Source: a virus | Lineage: Duplodnaviria > Heunggongvirae > Uroviricota > Caudoviricetes | IMG/VR virus record: IMGVR_UViG_3300033062_000614 | Length of the DNA: 50,359 nt | Direction: 5' to 3' (one strand) | Shown here: one piece after another, positions 9,368 to 20,011 of the stretch | Layout: the number at the start of each line of letters is the position of its first letter | Numbering within the stretch: position 1 is the first letter of the stretch | Position numbers and translations under genes: made by a program | The notes under the pieces: generated by a model | Database searches by the model: none | Seen by the model: only the letters and a program-made list of their open reading frames with translations | Told to the model about the DNA's origin: nothing

Positions 9368-10774
9368 ATGGCTGACGAGATTCTAAAACCAGGTATACAA
9401 TATAATAAGGATAGATACGACAGACAGGAATATAACCGCTGGGGTATTGATGAGACCCTTACTCTGGATTTTACAGGAGAGGTTGAGTTTCCATTTCCTT
9501 TTGGAGAGCGGTATATTTCAAATGAGCGTAATCTGTCTTTCGATATAGATGCTTCAGATATTACAAGCACAGATAGAAACGAAGCCAATGAGCGTAATCT
9601 AGGCTTTGATATAGAATGCGAAGTAGATATTGATATTGACTACACTAAATTTCTTGACCTTCTGCCATTGGTTCCAGAGAAATTTAGGAGTTCAGAGACT
9701 TTGCAAGACTACTTAAAGTCTGTTGGTTTATATGTAGGAGCTTGGCTTAGTAAGATAGATGAAATCAAGTATTTGATAGACCCGTATAACGTAGACCCTG
9801 ACTATGTCCAATACCTTGCTGATTTGATAGGGTTGCCTCTTGTGCATAGTGAACCTGCTCTAGAGGAGCTTAGAAATCAGTTAGCATTAGCTATACCTTG
9901 GTATAAAATCAAAGGGAGCTACACCTCCCTGAAGTTTATTGCACACTTATTAAACTTTACGGTCAACATATACGATATGTATACGAACAATTACACAACC
10001 TTTGTTAAAGAGCCGTGGTTTGTGGGAGAAGAAGGAGAGAACCCGCCAGGACTTGATGCAACCTACTACAAGTCTCCTCACTTTGGGCTTGAGGTATTGC
10101 TCAACATAGTCTATGGTAGCGGTTCAGATATATACCTTTGGAGTGATATTCAGCACGTTGACATTAGAACGGTTACAGAATATGTTAGACCCGTAAATAC
10201 TGTTCCGCACTTTTCATTATTATTGAACCCGATTACTAATGAATCTGGGGCAGTTGTTACAGCAGATGGATATATTAGGACTTGTATAGATAGAACCAAT
10301 TGGGAGACAGTCTTCCTCTATTTTGACCAGTGGTGGTTAGGGGGAGACCCAATGGATTGCACTTGTTATAACAAGCGTCAGTATAATGAGATTCTTGGGG
10401 AATACAACGGTCAAGGAACTAATAAAGGTTGGAACTTTGACGATGGGCATAACTTCGATTCGTTCAACCAGACTTTCTTAAACAAAATTATCAAATACAA
10501 GATAGGCACAGGTAATAAAGGAGTTTCACCAGGCGCACCAGGTTTTGTGATTGCAAGTCCAGTATTGTTCGGCACTGTTACTGACAAACGCATATTCTCT
10601 GATAGAATTGAATTTGAATTTGTGATACCTGAAAATGTAGTCCAGCTTGGACTTAGTGAACTTGGTTTGTTTTTTGCTGACAATACCACAATGGTATTAG
10701 AAAGCACGTTTCCTGATATTGATAAATTAGAGGGCGATGAATTACGAGTATTGATTCAGGTTTATAAACAATAA
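9368..10774 (+). CDS. Baseplate gp7/tail protein I-like with a C-terminal tail-collar-fibre-like domain
   Basis: LIDPYNVDPDYVQYLADLIG...WYKIKGS is P2 I-like; C-terminal KYKIGTG...LSELGLF...FPDIDK. Confidence 0.7.
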   Translation: MADEILKPGIQYNKDRYDRQEYNRWGIDETLTLDFTGEVEFPFPFGERYISNERNLSFDIDASDITSTDRNEANERNLGFDIECEVDIDIDYTKFLDLLPLVPEKFRSSETLQDYLKSVGLYVGAWLSKIDEIKYLIDPYNVDPDYVQYLADLIGLPLVHSEPALEELRNQLALAIPWYKIKGSYTSLKFIAHLLNFTVNIYDMYTNNYTTFVKEPWFVGEEGENPPGLDATYYKSPHFGLEVLLNIVYGSGSDIYLWSDIQHVDIRTVTEYVRPVNTVPHFSLLLNPITNESGAVVTADGYIRTCIDRTNWETVFLYFDQWWLGGDPMDCTCYNKRQYNEILGEYNGQGTNKGWNFDDGHNFDSFNQTFLNKIIKYKIGTGNKGVSPGAPGFVIASPVLFGTVTDKRIFSDRIEFEFVIPENVVQLGLSELGLFFADNTTMVLESTFPDIDKLEGDELRVLIQVYKQ

Positions 10775-10785
10775 GGAGGATTGAA

Positions 10786-11985
10786 ATGTCTATTCCAATT
10801 TTAACTTTTCCGCCAACTGTTGATACTGATTCTACTCTGTTTCTAGTAGCTAATAACAAAGTTACGACCCTTGCATCTGGTATAGGGTCTGGAGATACTT
10901 CACTAACGGTAGCAGATGCTTCAGGTTTGCCTGCTGATGGGTTTATCTCTATAGGAACAGAAGTTATTCACTATGTAAGTAAAACTGGTAATGTGCTGAA
11001 TACGTTGACCAGAGGTGCCGATGGAACTACTAATGTAGCTCATAACTCTGGAGATACTGTAAGTCTACGTATTATAGCAATTCACCACAACCGCTTAAAG
11101 GATGCTATTATAGCCTTACAAACCTATGTGCTTACAATAGGCGGTGCGGGTGGTATGATAACGGAGTTCACTCAGAGTGGGCACGGGTTCGCTGTAGGAG
11201 ACGTTCTAAGACACAATGGAACAATCTGGGTTAAGGCTAAAGCGGATACGGTTGCTAATGCAGAGGCTATTGGTATTGTAGTTGAGATTGTAAGCATTAA
11301 CGTATTCAAACTCCAATGTGGGGGCTACACCGACAAGATTCTAGGTATGACACCAGCTTCGGTTTATTTCTTGTTTGATGTAACTGCAGGGCTTTTGACC
11401 CTTACAGAGCCTACGGCTTTGAATACAGTTTCCAAGCCTTTGTATTTAGCAATGACAGCAAATACGGGCTATGTCTTCAACTGGAGAGGTTTGGAGAACG
11501 CCTACTCGATGTCCTATAATAGGACGTTTACTAATGCAGACCTTGACGGTAGCTACAATGTAACGATTACCCACAACCTAGGAGTTAAGTATTGCATAGT
11601 TTCAATATACGACAACAACGACCAAGAAATCAAGGCTGACTTAGTTACGCTAGTAGATGCAAACTCCTTGACTTTGAACCTTACAGAGTTCGCACCGATT
11701 ACAGGTTCTTGGAGAGTTGTAGTATTAGGTATGGGGACGCCTATTACAGTTCCCACAACTCCTAATCGTGGAACATTCCAAAACTCTGATTTGGTAGCTG
11801 GAGTTTTGACGATTACTCACAACAAGGGTTTGTCGGCACCGTATACGGTATTGGTTCAGATATTTGACAATAATGGCAAGGTTGTAATACCTGACGACAT
11901 TACAGGGGCTACTAACTCTGTAGCGATTGACTTGACTTCGCAAGCTCCTATTAGTGGAACTTGGGGGTATGTATACTTTGCGTAA
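10786..11985 (+). CDS. Tail fibre/fibre-base protein
   Basis: Beta-rich, with TTLASGI...IGTEVIHY...LTRG.DGT...H..G, HGFAVGD, and two T(I)THN(L/K)G repeats. Confidence 0.6.
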   Translation: MSIPILTFPPTVDTDSTLFLVANNKVTTLASGIGSGDTSLTVADASGLPADGFISIGTEVIHYVSKTGNVLNTLTRGADGTTNVAHNSGDTVSLRIIAIHHNRLKDAIIALQTYVLTIGGAGGMITEFTQSGHGFAVGDVLRHNGTIWVKAKADTVANAEAIGIVVEIVSINVFKLQCGGYTDKILGMTPASVYFLFDVTAGLLTLTEPTALNTVSKPLYLAMTANTGYVFNWRGLENAYSMSYNRTFTNADLDGSYNVTITHNLGVKYCIVSIYDNNDQEIKADLVTLVDANSLTLNLTEFAPITGSWRVVVLGMGTPITVPTTPNRGTFQNSDLVAGVLTITHNKGLSAPYTVLVQIFDNNGKVVIPDDITGATNSVAIDLTSQAPISGTWGYVYFA

Positions 11986-12235
11986 ACTTCTTGAGCAGTT
12001 GCTAGAGAGGTTTGGCTCCTCATTGGAGTTCTATAGTGTCTGGACTAAGCCAGACGACTATTGGGAGCAGATGACTTCAAAGGTTAAAGCTAAGAAGGAG
12101 TTTGACCGCTTAGTAAAGAGTGGGCGGTTCGATGAAGTTCATTTCGAGCGTTGGGCAGGTCAGAAGTTAGAGGATGGTACCCTTGATGGGGACTATATGG
12201 CAGACATTGAGATTCATAAACGTGGATTACCTTAA
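11969..12235 (+). CDS. Hypothetical protein
   Basis: ORF overlapping the end of the fibre gene; the likely start is MYTLRKLLEQLLE. Confidence 0.55.
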   Translation: MYTLRKLLEQLLERFGSSLEFYSVWTKPDDYWEQMTSKVKAKKEFDRLVKSGRFDEVHFERWAGQKLEDGTLDGDYMADIEIHKRGLP

Positions 12236-12399
12236 ACCTTTTCACTATCTTTGGTGGGCTTTGTGGATGGATTTCAGACAACCTAAATGGATGTTGCCGA
12301 TATTGAAATGGGTAAATAAGAAAAGAGATAAGTTCTTATGAAACTTCGAGATAAAATCTTTTTTACTTTTTCAGCAATTTGGACGAATAAGGTGAATAT

Positions 12400-12600
12400 A
12401 TGAAGATATTGACATCCAAAAAGATTCTTCAGTTGAAAGAGTATATTGTTGAGGTAGAAAAAGAATTAGCAACAGATAATTTGAAAGCAATGGGTGGTGA
12501 GGATAAGGATAAAGATTTGATGTATGACCAAGGCTGCTATGATACACTAAAAAATGTTTGTAAATTATTAGGAATTAAATATAGTTTTTGTATTAAATAA
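12400..12600 (+). CDS. Hypothetical protein (AT-rich)
   Basis: 66-aa ORF preceded by AAGGTG. Confidence 0.5.
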   Translation: MKILTSKKILQLKEYIVEVEKELATDNLKAMGGEDKDKDLMYDQGCYDTLKNVCKLLGIKYSFCIK

Positions 12601-12640
12601 CAGGTAGCCTTCACTAGCCTTAAAGGAAAAGGAGTTTACT

Positions 12641-15199
12641 ATGCAGACAGGTAGAGAAATAAACTATAAGGATAGAGTATATAACAGGGAGATGGCAGAA
12701 GCAGGGCTTAGTAGTATTGACAGACAAAGAGCTGCTACCCCTGAAGTTGATGTTCGTTATGCAAAAGTAGCAAGAAATTACTGCAATCTTATTTCTGATG
12801 GTATAGCGGAGAGTAGTTGTATTTCAAATGCGTTGACTAATGGTATGGCGGTCAGGGGGGTTGGTGGGGGAGAATTAGGTCTTGCTGCGCCTGTTTTATA
12901 TAGTAGATTTGATGGAAGTAACGGGCAGGCTTCTTATACAGCAGAGTCAGGTCAGGTATTTACTTTTTTTGGAAATGCTCAACTCGATACCAGCACAAAG
13001 AAGTTTGGAGCAAGTTCCTTAAAGTTAGATGGAACTACAGATTATGTTACCTTACCGAATTCGTCAGATTGGGATTTTGGAACAGGAGATTTTACTATAG
13101 ACTTCTGGGTAAGATTCAATGTTGCTCCTGCTCCTGGAGTTGCTGTTATGATTTATATGCAATATCAAGATGGTTCCCATTATGTTAATTTTTATCTGGC
13201 TAATGTAGCAGGTCAAATGCAATGGACTTGGGGTATATCATTAGGACAGTATCACGTAAATTACACAAGTATAGCTGCTGGAAGGTGGTATCACGTAGCA
13301 TTAGTTAGGTATAATGCAACTTGGTTCGTTTTTCAAGATGGTCAGTTATTAGAGGCAACTACCTATGCTGGAACCTCGTCAACATCGGTTACAGGGACTC
13401 TGTATATAGGTGCTGATAACGCTGGAGCAAATGCGCTTAATGGTTGGCTTGATGAGTTCCGAATTACCAAAGGCTACGCTCGTTGGATTGGACATTATAA
13501 TGATTTTGGAAGTCACAATAAGGACTTTGCCTACGCTTTACCTATTTCTCAATATGACCATTCCAAAGGCTCTTTGATGTCAGATGTATTCAAAGCTCCT
13601 ACAGATGTTGAGATGGTAGGATTAGCTTTGAGGGTTGACGATAGTGCTAATCTTCTAATAAGAGGTGATAATGGAGATGGCTTAGGGTTGATTAGAGATG
13701 TTGCTGCTAATAAAGCAGTAACTTTGGTTGGTGGGGTATCTATTGATTCTGCGGTTACTAAGTTTGGTAAAGGTGCTATGAGGTTTGATGGCACTACAGG
13801 ATATTTGACCATACCAGATACTGCCGATTTAGAATTAGGGGCAGGTAACTTTACTATAGATTGTTGGGTAAAGCTAAATGTATTGCCAGCGGAAGGTATC
13901 TATCAAGTAATTGCTTGTCATTGGGATGGTCCAGCGAATCAGCGTTCTTGGATGTTAGGTTATTATCGAACTGGTGGACTTTATTATTGGATGTTTAGAA
14001 TAAGCACTAATGGGACATCGTCAAGCGACCAAGGTTGGGCAGATACAGTTTCTGCTGGTATTTGGTATCACATAGCTATTGTTAGGATTAGCAATGTTCT
14101 ATATGGTTTTAGAGATGGAGTAAAGGGTTTGATTGTTGATATGACTGGTAAGACATTTTTTGATTCGTCAGCTGTTGTTGATATTGGGGCAGTTGTTGAT
14201 AGTGGAACTCCAAACTCTTTTTGGAATGGTTGGATTGATGAGTTTGTGATAAGTAAAGGTGTATCAAAATATCTAAATGACTTCGAACCGCCCACAGCAC
14301 CTTACGGCATCAATCAACTATCAGCTTATATTGCCAAAGACGCAGACCCGTATCGTGTGTTGTCTTTGCAGTTTGAAGGAGCAGATGCCTCTACTACGAT
14401 TGTAGATGATTGTAGTCATACGGTTACAGCAGTGAATAGTGCTCAACTTGATACTGCTCAAAAGAAGTGGGGAGTGAGTAGCTGTTTATTTAACTTGTCT
14501 ACACTAGATTACCTAACTATTCCTGATTCGGATGAATGGGAATTAGGTAATGTTTGGACTATTGACTTCTGGGTAAGGTTCAATTCCTATCCGATATCAG
14601 GTTCAACTTTTATGAGTATAGTTGCGCATAGTAGTGTAACTTATGCAGGTTGGTGGATAGACTTTGCTAATTATAGTGGAACTTATAGATGGAGAATGAA
14701 TCAAGATGATGCTAACATATTTATGTTTGATTCTCCTGGTATTTCTCTAAATACTTGGTATCACATAGCATACGTTAGGGAATCAGAGTCTGTATGGAAA
14801 GTTTACCAAGATGGGATATTGATAGGAACTTATACAACAGCAACAGCATTAACAGCTACTGCAGAGCCTTTGATTATAGGTAGAAGAGGTAATGCACCTC
14901 CTTCTCCTAATCCTGACTATCTTGATGGTTGGCTAGATAACTTAGTAATACGCAAAGGCGTAGCAAAGTGGACAAGCAACTTTACTCCACCTGATAATCT
15001 GAACCACTTTGTAAAAGTGCCTCTCATACAAGAAGACAACTCTCAAAACATATTCCAAGGCGGTGCAGTTTACCGTTCTTTGGAGATGATAGACTTAGGT
15101 GCTAGAGCCGATACACAAAAACGGGATTTAGCATATAGGCTAGACTTAAAGAACGGCTCTACTATGAAAGTGAAGGGTATCTCAACACATTGGAGATGA
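12641..15199 (+). CDS. LamG/ConA-like repeat fibre or receptor-binding protein (3 modules)
   Basis: Three copies of FDG...DFTIDFWVRF...WYH.A.VR...DE.RI.KG.A.W; SD AAGGAG. Confidence 0.85.
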   Translation: MQTGREINYKDRVYNREMAEAGLSSIDRQRAATPEVDVRYAKVARNYCNLISDGIAESSCISNALTNGMAVRGVGGGELGLAAPVLYSRFDGSNGQASYTAESGQVFTFFGNAQLDTSTKKFGASSLKLDGTTDYVTLPNSSDWDFGTGDFTIDFWVRFNVAPAPGVAVMIYMQYQDGSHYVNFYLANVAGQMQWTWGISLGQYHVNYTSIAAGRWYHVALVRYNATWFVFQDGQLLEATTYAGTSSTSVTGTLYIGADNAGANALNGWLDEFRITKGYARWIGHYNDFGSHNKDFAYALPISQYDHSKGSLMSDVFKAPTDVEMVGLALRVDDSANLLIRGDNGDGLGLIRDVAANKAVTLVGGVSIDSAVTKFGKGAMRFDGTTGYLTIPDTADLELGAGNFTIDCWVKLNVLPAEGIYQVIACHWDGPANQRSWMLGYYRTGGLYYWMFRISTNGTSSSDQGWADTVSAGIWYHIAIVRISNVLYGFRDGVKGLIVDMTGKTFFDSSAVVDIGAVVDSGTPNSFWNGWIDEFVISKGVSKYLNDFEPPTAPYGINQLSAYIAKDADPYRVLSLQFEGADASTTIVDDCSHTVTAVNSAQLDTAQKKWGVSSCLFNLSTLDYLTIPDSDEWELGNVWTIDFWVRFNSYPISGSTFMSIVAHSSVTYAGWWIDFANYSGTYRWRMNQDDANIFMFDSPGISLNTWYHIAYVRESESVWKVYQDGILIGTYTTATALTATAEPLIIGRRGNAPPSPNPDYLDGWLDNLVIRKGVAKWTSNFTPPDNLNHFVKVPLIQEDNSQNIFQGGAVYRSLEMIDLGARADTQKRDLAYRLDLKNGSTMKVKGISTHWR

Positions 15200-15369
15200 C
15201 GAGGCAAGAAGCAAACGTATTAGTTCAAGAGATTGTAAAGTTGAGAAACGAAAAGCAGTTCTTTGAAGCTGATTTACTTAGAAAACAATTAGTTGTAGAC
15301 AATTGGTTAGTAAGCTACAACAAAGATGGTTCAGTATTTTTGCTTGATAGAACATTTACAGGCAGATAA
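15196..15369 (+). CDS. 57-aa protein resembling the C-terminal anticodon-binding domain of cysteinyl-tRNA synthetase (absent from the supplied ORF track)
   Basis: MTRQEANVLVQEIVKLRNEKQFFEADLLRKQLVVDNWLVSYNKDGSVFLLDRTFTGR. The ATG overlaps the upstream TGA. R..K.F..AD..R..L-x12-G spacing matches the CysRS C-terminus as I recall it. Confidence 0.6.
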   Translation: MTRQEANVLVQEIVKLRNEKQFFEADLLRKQLVVDNWLVSYNKDGSVFLLDRTFTGR

Positions 15370-15415
15370 TTCGTTACAGCTTAATTAGCGTAAAAGCTGA
15401 AAGGAGTATACAATG
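15367..15415 (+). repeat. Copy 1 of a 49-bp stop-to-start spacer (TAA...hairpin...AAGGAG...ATG)
   Basis: TAATTCGTTACAGCTTAATTAGCGTAAAAGCTGAAAGGAGTATACAATG; 48/49 identical to 20689-20737. Confidence 0.95.
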
Positions 15416-18400
15416 GCACTCGGAACTAGGACTGGTGAACTTACAAAATACGTAGATAGAACATTCAACAACGAGATGTCTGCAGTAGCTCTCAAGGAAA
15501 TGGAAGACTTGAGAATACGCAGGTTGACCTATGCTAAGAAGGGCAACCTCTTTGTGGACGGTATGGTGGACGGCAAAGGCGTCATAGGTTCTGGCGATAT
15601 AGCGGTTAGAAGCAACGATTTGAGCGTAGGGCAAGGTAAGGTAGTTCTTTTAGCACAGTTTAATGGTAATAACGCTCAAGCTACTTATACTGCAGAGACA
15701 GGACAGGTTCTGACTTTTGTAGGAACAGCTCAGTTGAGTAGTGCTCAAAAGAGATACGGTGCTACTTCTCTTTTACTAGATGGCAATAGTGATTATATAA
15801 GTATACCTGATTCCGATGATTGGTGGTTTGATAATCAGGATTTTACAATTGATTTATGGGTAAGGTTTAATACTTTGCCTACAGATACTTTTCAGTTTTT
15901 TAGTCAAACTAATACAGTTATTGGTGCACAATCAGCTCATCAGAGTTTTGGTATTTATGTATCTGGTGGAAATTACTATTTATGGTATCAAGCAGAAAAA
16001 TTAGATGTTCCTGTTATAATTATTGTTATGGCGAGGCAGTGGGTAAGTCCGCTAATCAATACTTGGTATCACGTAGCAGTGGTTAGGAGTGGCAGTAATT
16101 GGTATCTTTTTGTTAATGGAGTGCAGTTAGGCACTTCCGAAACAGTTTCTGAGGCTATTCCTAATTATGACCAAATTCTAACTTTTGGTGCTCGTAGGCA
16201 AGCTGGAGGAGCAGGTGCTAATTATATGGATGGGTATATAGATGAAGTTAGAATTACAAAAGGATACGCCAGATGGACTGCTAATTTTACTCCACCTGTT
16301 CAGGCATATGATATGAACTCTGGAGCATTTGAATCTCAAGTAATCAGAGCCGACCAGACCAAGATTGACCCAAGCGTTTTGCTTATGCATTTCAATACTT
16401 TGCAGGGAACGAATCAAGTTATTGACGAGAAGGGTCATACAGCAACTTTGAATGGTAGTGCAGTAATTGACTACAATGTAAAGCGGTTTGGTGCAGGCAG
16501 TTATAGAGGTAATGGAATTGATTCCTATATAACTATTCCTGATAGCGATGATTGGTTTGTTGGAACAGAAGATTTTACTGTAGAGCTATTTGTAAGGTTT
16601 AATACTGTAGGAGACCCTTCTCAACATACTTTCATAAATCAATATAATCCTGGGACAGAAGGGTCATATTGGTTCAAATATGATGGAAGAACAGGTAATG
16701 AACGATTAGAATTTGCTTGCTATTCTACTGCTTTAGGATATTTTATAGATATAGTAACACCATTTTATCCTGTAGTAAATCAATGGTATCACTTAGCTCT
16801 AGTTAGAAGTGGAAATACTTGGTATATCTTTGTCAATGGGGTGAGCCAAGCTCTTACTTTATTGAATGGAAGTTACTCTGTAGCTCTTCCAAATGTTAGT
16901 GCTGTGCTGTATATTGGAAGTTACAATACTACTGAAAACTATGTGGACGGCTGGCTTGACGAGCTACGCATTACTAAAGGCTACGCCCGATACACCGCAA
17001 ACTTCGAATGTCCTATGGCTGCCTTCGCAAACGATGAGCTGGTTACGGTTAGTCCTAAGAAGTTAGGTATGGTTGTCAAAAGCGAAGTAGTGCCTCAGCC
17101 TGTATTGCTACTGCATTGTAATGGAATGAATGCTTCGACTGCTGTCAGGGATGAGATGGGGCATACAGTAACTTGTAATGGAAATGCACAGATTAGCACA
17201 GCACAGTATAAGTTTGGAGGCTCAAGTGCATTGTTTGATGGAACAACCGATTACCTAACTACGCCCAGCTCTGCAGAGTGGGCATTTGGCACAGATGATT
17301 TTACTATTGACTTTTGGGTAAGGTTTAACTCACTAACGCCATATTATCAATCTTTGATGGGTACTTGCGGAGATGCTGCAAATAATGCAGGTTGGTATCT
17401 TTATGTATTCCGTAATGGAGAGCCGTCAACCTTTGCATTCTATACTTGTCTTGGGTCAGGTTGGAGTATGTATCAGGAGACTGTTCCAATTACTTTAACT
17501 ACTGCAACTTGGTATCACCTATCAATAGTAAGAGCATCTGGGACATTAAAAATATATCTTAATGGAATAAAACAGGCAACAACACAGAATACTTCTTGGT
17601 TGGGAAATATAACAAGCACAGGAGTATTGTATATAGGCTCTGATAAGGATTTGGTTGCAAGTGCTGCGTTAAATGGCTACCTTGACGAAATCCGCATCAC
17701 TAAAGGATTTGCTCTCTGGACCACGGACTTTAATGTTCCAGATAAGGAAGCACCGAGTGATTATAATTCTGTAAATAATACTGAGCCTCAGATTGACTAC
17801 AATACTAAGCTGTTAATGCACTTTGATGGGTATGACACTTCAACTGATATTCGAGATGAGTGCAAGCATTTGGTCACGGTAAGCGGTAATGCAAAGATAA
17901 AAACTAATCAATATGAGTTTGGTGGAAGCTCTTGTTATTTTGATGGAACAGCAACAGCATTCTTAATGGTGCCTGATAGTAATGATTGGAATTTTGGTAA
18001 TGGAGATTTTACTATTGATTGCTGGATTAGAACAAGTGGTGATGGTTGTGTTGTTCAATCTCCATACGGAATTACTGGTGCAAATGGGTATAACACTTGG
18101 GTCATTCGTGTGACTTCTGGCTTTGCATCTCTTATGGGAGGATGGAACATTTCAAATTATGTATACATAACAAGTGTTACTAGAGTAGACAATGGGGCGT
18201 GGCATCATATAGCAGGAGTTAGAAATGGTAACAATTGGTATCTATTTGTGGATGGTAAACTTGAGGCTACAGCTTATGGTAGTTTTACTATTGTATATCC
18301 ACCAAATTATCAATTGCACGTAGGTCAGATTTCAGTATATAGCTCTGACGCTGGTCAATCATACCCGTTTACAGGTTGGATAGATGAACTTCGCATTACT

Positions 18401-20011
18401 AAAGGTCTAGCCCGATGGACTACTGACTTCACTCCGCCAACAAGTCCATACAGCTTAGTTGACTCTACTAAGACTATCAATACTACTATTGCTCCAAGAA
18501 CTGTTGACCCTTATACTAAACTGCTTATGCATTGCAATGGGTATAGCGGTTCAACTGCCTTTAAGGATGAGTGCGGGAAAGCTATAACTGCAGTAGGAAC
18601 AGCACAGCATTCTGTAGCTCAAAGCAAGTTTGGTAATAGTTCTTGTTTACTTGATGGTAATTCTGATTATCTTGAATTAGCAGATAGCGATGATTGGAAT
18701 TTGAATACAGTAGATTTTACTATAGATTGTTGGGTTATATGGAATGCCTCATCAGAATGGGCTATATGCAGAGGAACTAGTGGAACTGATTTATGGATTT
18801 GGCGGTATAATGGAACTAATTTTTATTTCTATCAAACTTCAGGAGGCATAGATACTACTTTTGTTAACTCAACAATTACATTTAATACGGGAGTTTGGTA
18901 TCATCTTGCAGTAGTTAGGTTTGGTTCTACATTTATGTTATTTGTTAATGGGCAAAAAGTAGGAACAGGAACAAGTTCAACAACTGTTGCTAACCACGCT
19001 GGAACTTTGGAGATAGGTGCAAGAGTAAAAGCAGGTGCTACAAATATCTATCTTAATGGTTGGACAGATGAAGTTAGAATAAGCAAAGGCATAGCCCGAT
19101 GGCTTGGAGACTTTACACCACCTACTAGAGAATATGCCTTAACAGAAGCTACAGTAGTTCCAAGCATTCAGGTAGCCAGAGATGCAGATGTCTATACCAA
19201 ATTACTACTTCATTGCAATGATTATAATGATGAACTTGGCAAGGTAGTAACTCCTGTTGGTGGAGTATCACTTGACTACTACACAAAGAAGTTTGGGGAT
19301 TATGCAGTGAAGTTTGATGGCACTTCAGGATATTTGAGTATACCTGATAGTGCAGATTTTAGTTTTGGGACAGGAGATTTCACTATTGAGTGTTGGGTAA
19401 GTTTTGATAGTTTGCCTGCAAATGGGACTGTTGCGTCAATTTATACACAAACTGATGCAGGTGCTGTTAATTATATTTCATTTGGATTGTATAATAGCTC
19501 TGGTATTTATAAGTGGTTCTTATATGTGGAGAAAGCTGATGCTAATTGGATAGGTTCAATACAATTGACTACAACTGTTACTACTGGAGTTTGGTATCAC
19601 GTAGCACTTGTTCGATATGGCTCCATTTTTAGGATATTCCAAAATGGAGTCCAAGTTGGTTTTGACTATATAAGTAGCAGAGATATGATTGACCTATCTA
19701 CTCCTATTGAAATTGGAAGAGTAAATCAATTAGGAGGAGCAGATTGGTTAACAGGTAGGATTGATGAGTATAGAGTAAGCAAAGGTATAGCACGATATAC
19801 CGCAAACTTTACACCACAAGCTACGCCTTTCGTCCTTGCAACCTACAAAGAGGTATCGTTACTACAAGACAGCGTTGCGAACGGTTACTACAGAACGCAA
19901 GACTTAGTAGACTTGCAAGACTTACCAGCAGGGCAGAACTTGAAATATAAAGTAAACTTGGCAAATGCGAACCAGAGAAAGATTCAGGGAGTAGGATTAT
20001 ACTGGAGATGA
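15413..20011 (+). CDS. LamG/ConA-like repeat fibre or receptor-binding protein (6 modules)
   Basis: Six LL.H/F...DFTI..W...WYH.A.VR...DE.R.(T/S)KG.A.(W/Y) modules; the N- and C-termini are paralogous to 12641-15199 and 20735-22513. Confidence 0.85.
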   Translation: MALGTRTGELTKYVDRTFNNEMSAVALKEMEDLRIRRLTYAKKGNLFVDGMVDGKGVIGSGDIAVRSNDLSVGQGKVVLLAQFNGNNAQATYTAETGQVLTFVGTAQLSSAQKRYGATSLLLDGNSDYISIPDSDDWWFDNQDFTIDLWVRFNTLPTDTFQFFSQTNTVIGAQSAHQSFGIYVSGGNYYLWYQAEKLDVPVIIIVMARQWVSPLINTWYHVAVVRSGSNWYLFVNGVQLGTSETVSEAIPNYDQILTFGARRQAGGAGANYMDGYIDEVRITKGYARWTANFTPPVQAYDMNSGAFESQVIRADQTKIDPSVLLMHFNTLQGTNQVIDEKGHTATLNGSAVIDYNVKRFGAGSYRGNGIDSYITIPDSDDWFVGTEDFTVELFVRFNTVGDPSQHTFINQYNPGTEGSYWFKYDGRTGNERLEFACYSTALGYFIDIVTPFYPVVNQWYHLALVRSGNTWYIFVNGVSQALTLLNGSYSVALPNVSAVLYIGSYNTTENYVDGWLDELRITKGYARYTANFECPMAAFANDELVTVSPKKLGMVVKSEVVPQPVLLLHCNGMNASTAVRDEMGHTVTCNGNAQISTAQYKFGGSSALFDGTTDYLTTPSSAEWAFGTDDFTIDFWVRFNSLTPYYQSLMGTCGDAANNAGWYLYVFRNGEPSTFAFYTCLGSGWSMYQETVPITLTTATWYHLSIVRASGTLKIYLNGIKQATTQNTSWLGNITSTGVLYIGSDKDLVASAALNGYLDEIRITKGFALWTTDFNVPDKEAPSDYNSVNNTEPQIDYNTKLLMHFDGYDTSTDIRDECKHLVTVSGNAKIKTNQYEFGGSSCYFDGTATAFLMVPDSNDWNFGNGDFTIDCWIRTSGDGCVVQSPYGITGANGYNTWVIRVTSGFASLMGGWNISNYVYITSVTRVDNGAWHHIAGVRNGNNWYLFVDGKLEATAYGSFTIVYPPNYQLHVGQISVYSSDAGQSYPFTGWIDELRITKGLARWTTDFTPPTSPYSLVDSTKTINTTIAPRTVDPYTKLLMHCNGYSGSTAFKDECGKAITAVGTAQHSVAQSKFGNSSCLLDGNSDYLELADSDDWNLNTVDFTIDCWVIWNASSEWAICRGTSGTDLWIWRYNGTNFYFYQTSGGIDTTFVNSTITFNTGVWYHLAVVRFGSTFMLFVNGQKVGTGTSSTTVANHAGTLEIGARVKAGATNIYLNGWTDEVRISKGIARWLGDFTPPTREYALTEATVVPSIQVARDADVYTKLLLHCNDYNDELGKVVTPVGGVSLDYYTKKFGDYAVKFDGTSGYLSIPDSADFSFGTGDFTIECWVSFDSLPANGTVASIYTQTDAGAVNYISFGLYNSSGIYKWFLYVEKADANWIGSIQLTTTVTTGVWYHVALVRYGSIFRIFQNGVQVGFDYISSRDMIDLSTPIEIGRVNQLGGADWLTGRIDEYRVSKGIARYTANFTPQATPFVLATYKEVSLLQDSVANGYYRTQDLVDLQDLPAGQNLKYKVNLANANQRKIQGVGLYWR

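Noticed and set aside
12236-12399. Possible decayed gene or promoter in an AT-rich gap
   Set aside because: Only short broken frames are present, with no convincing promoter consensus or repeat.
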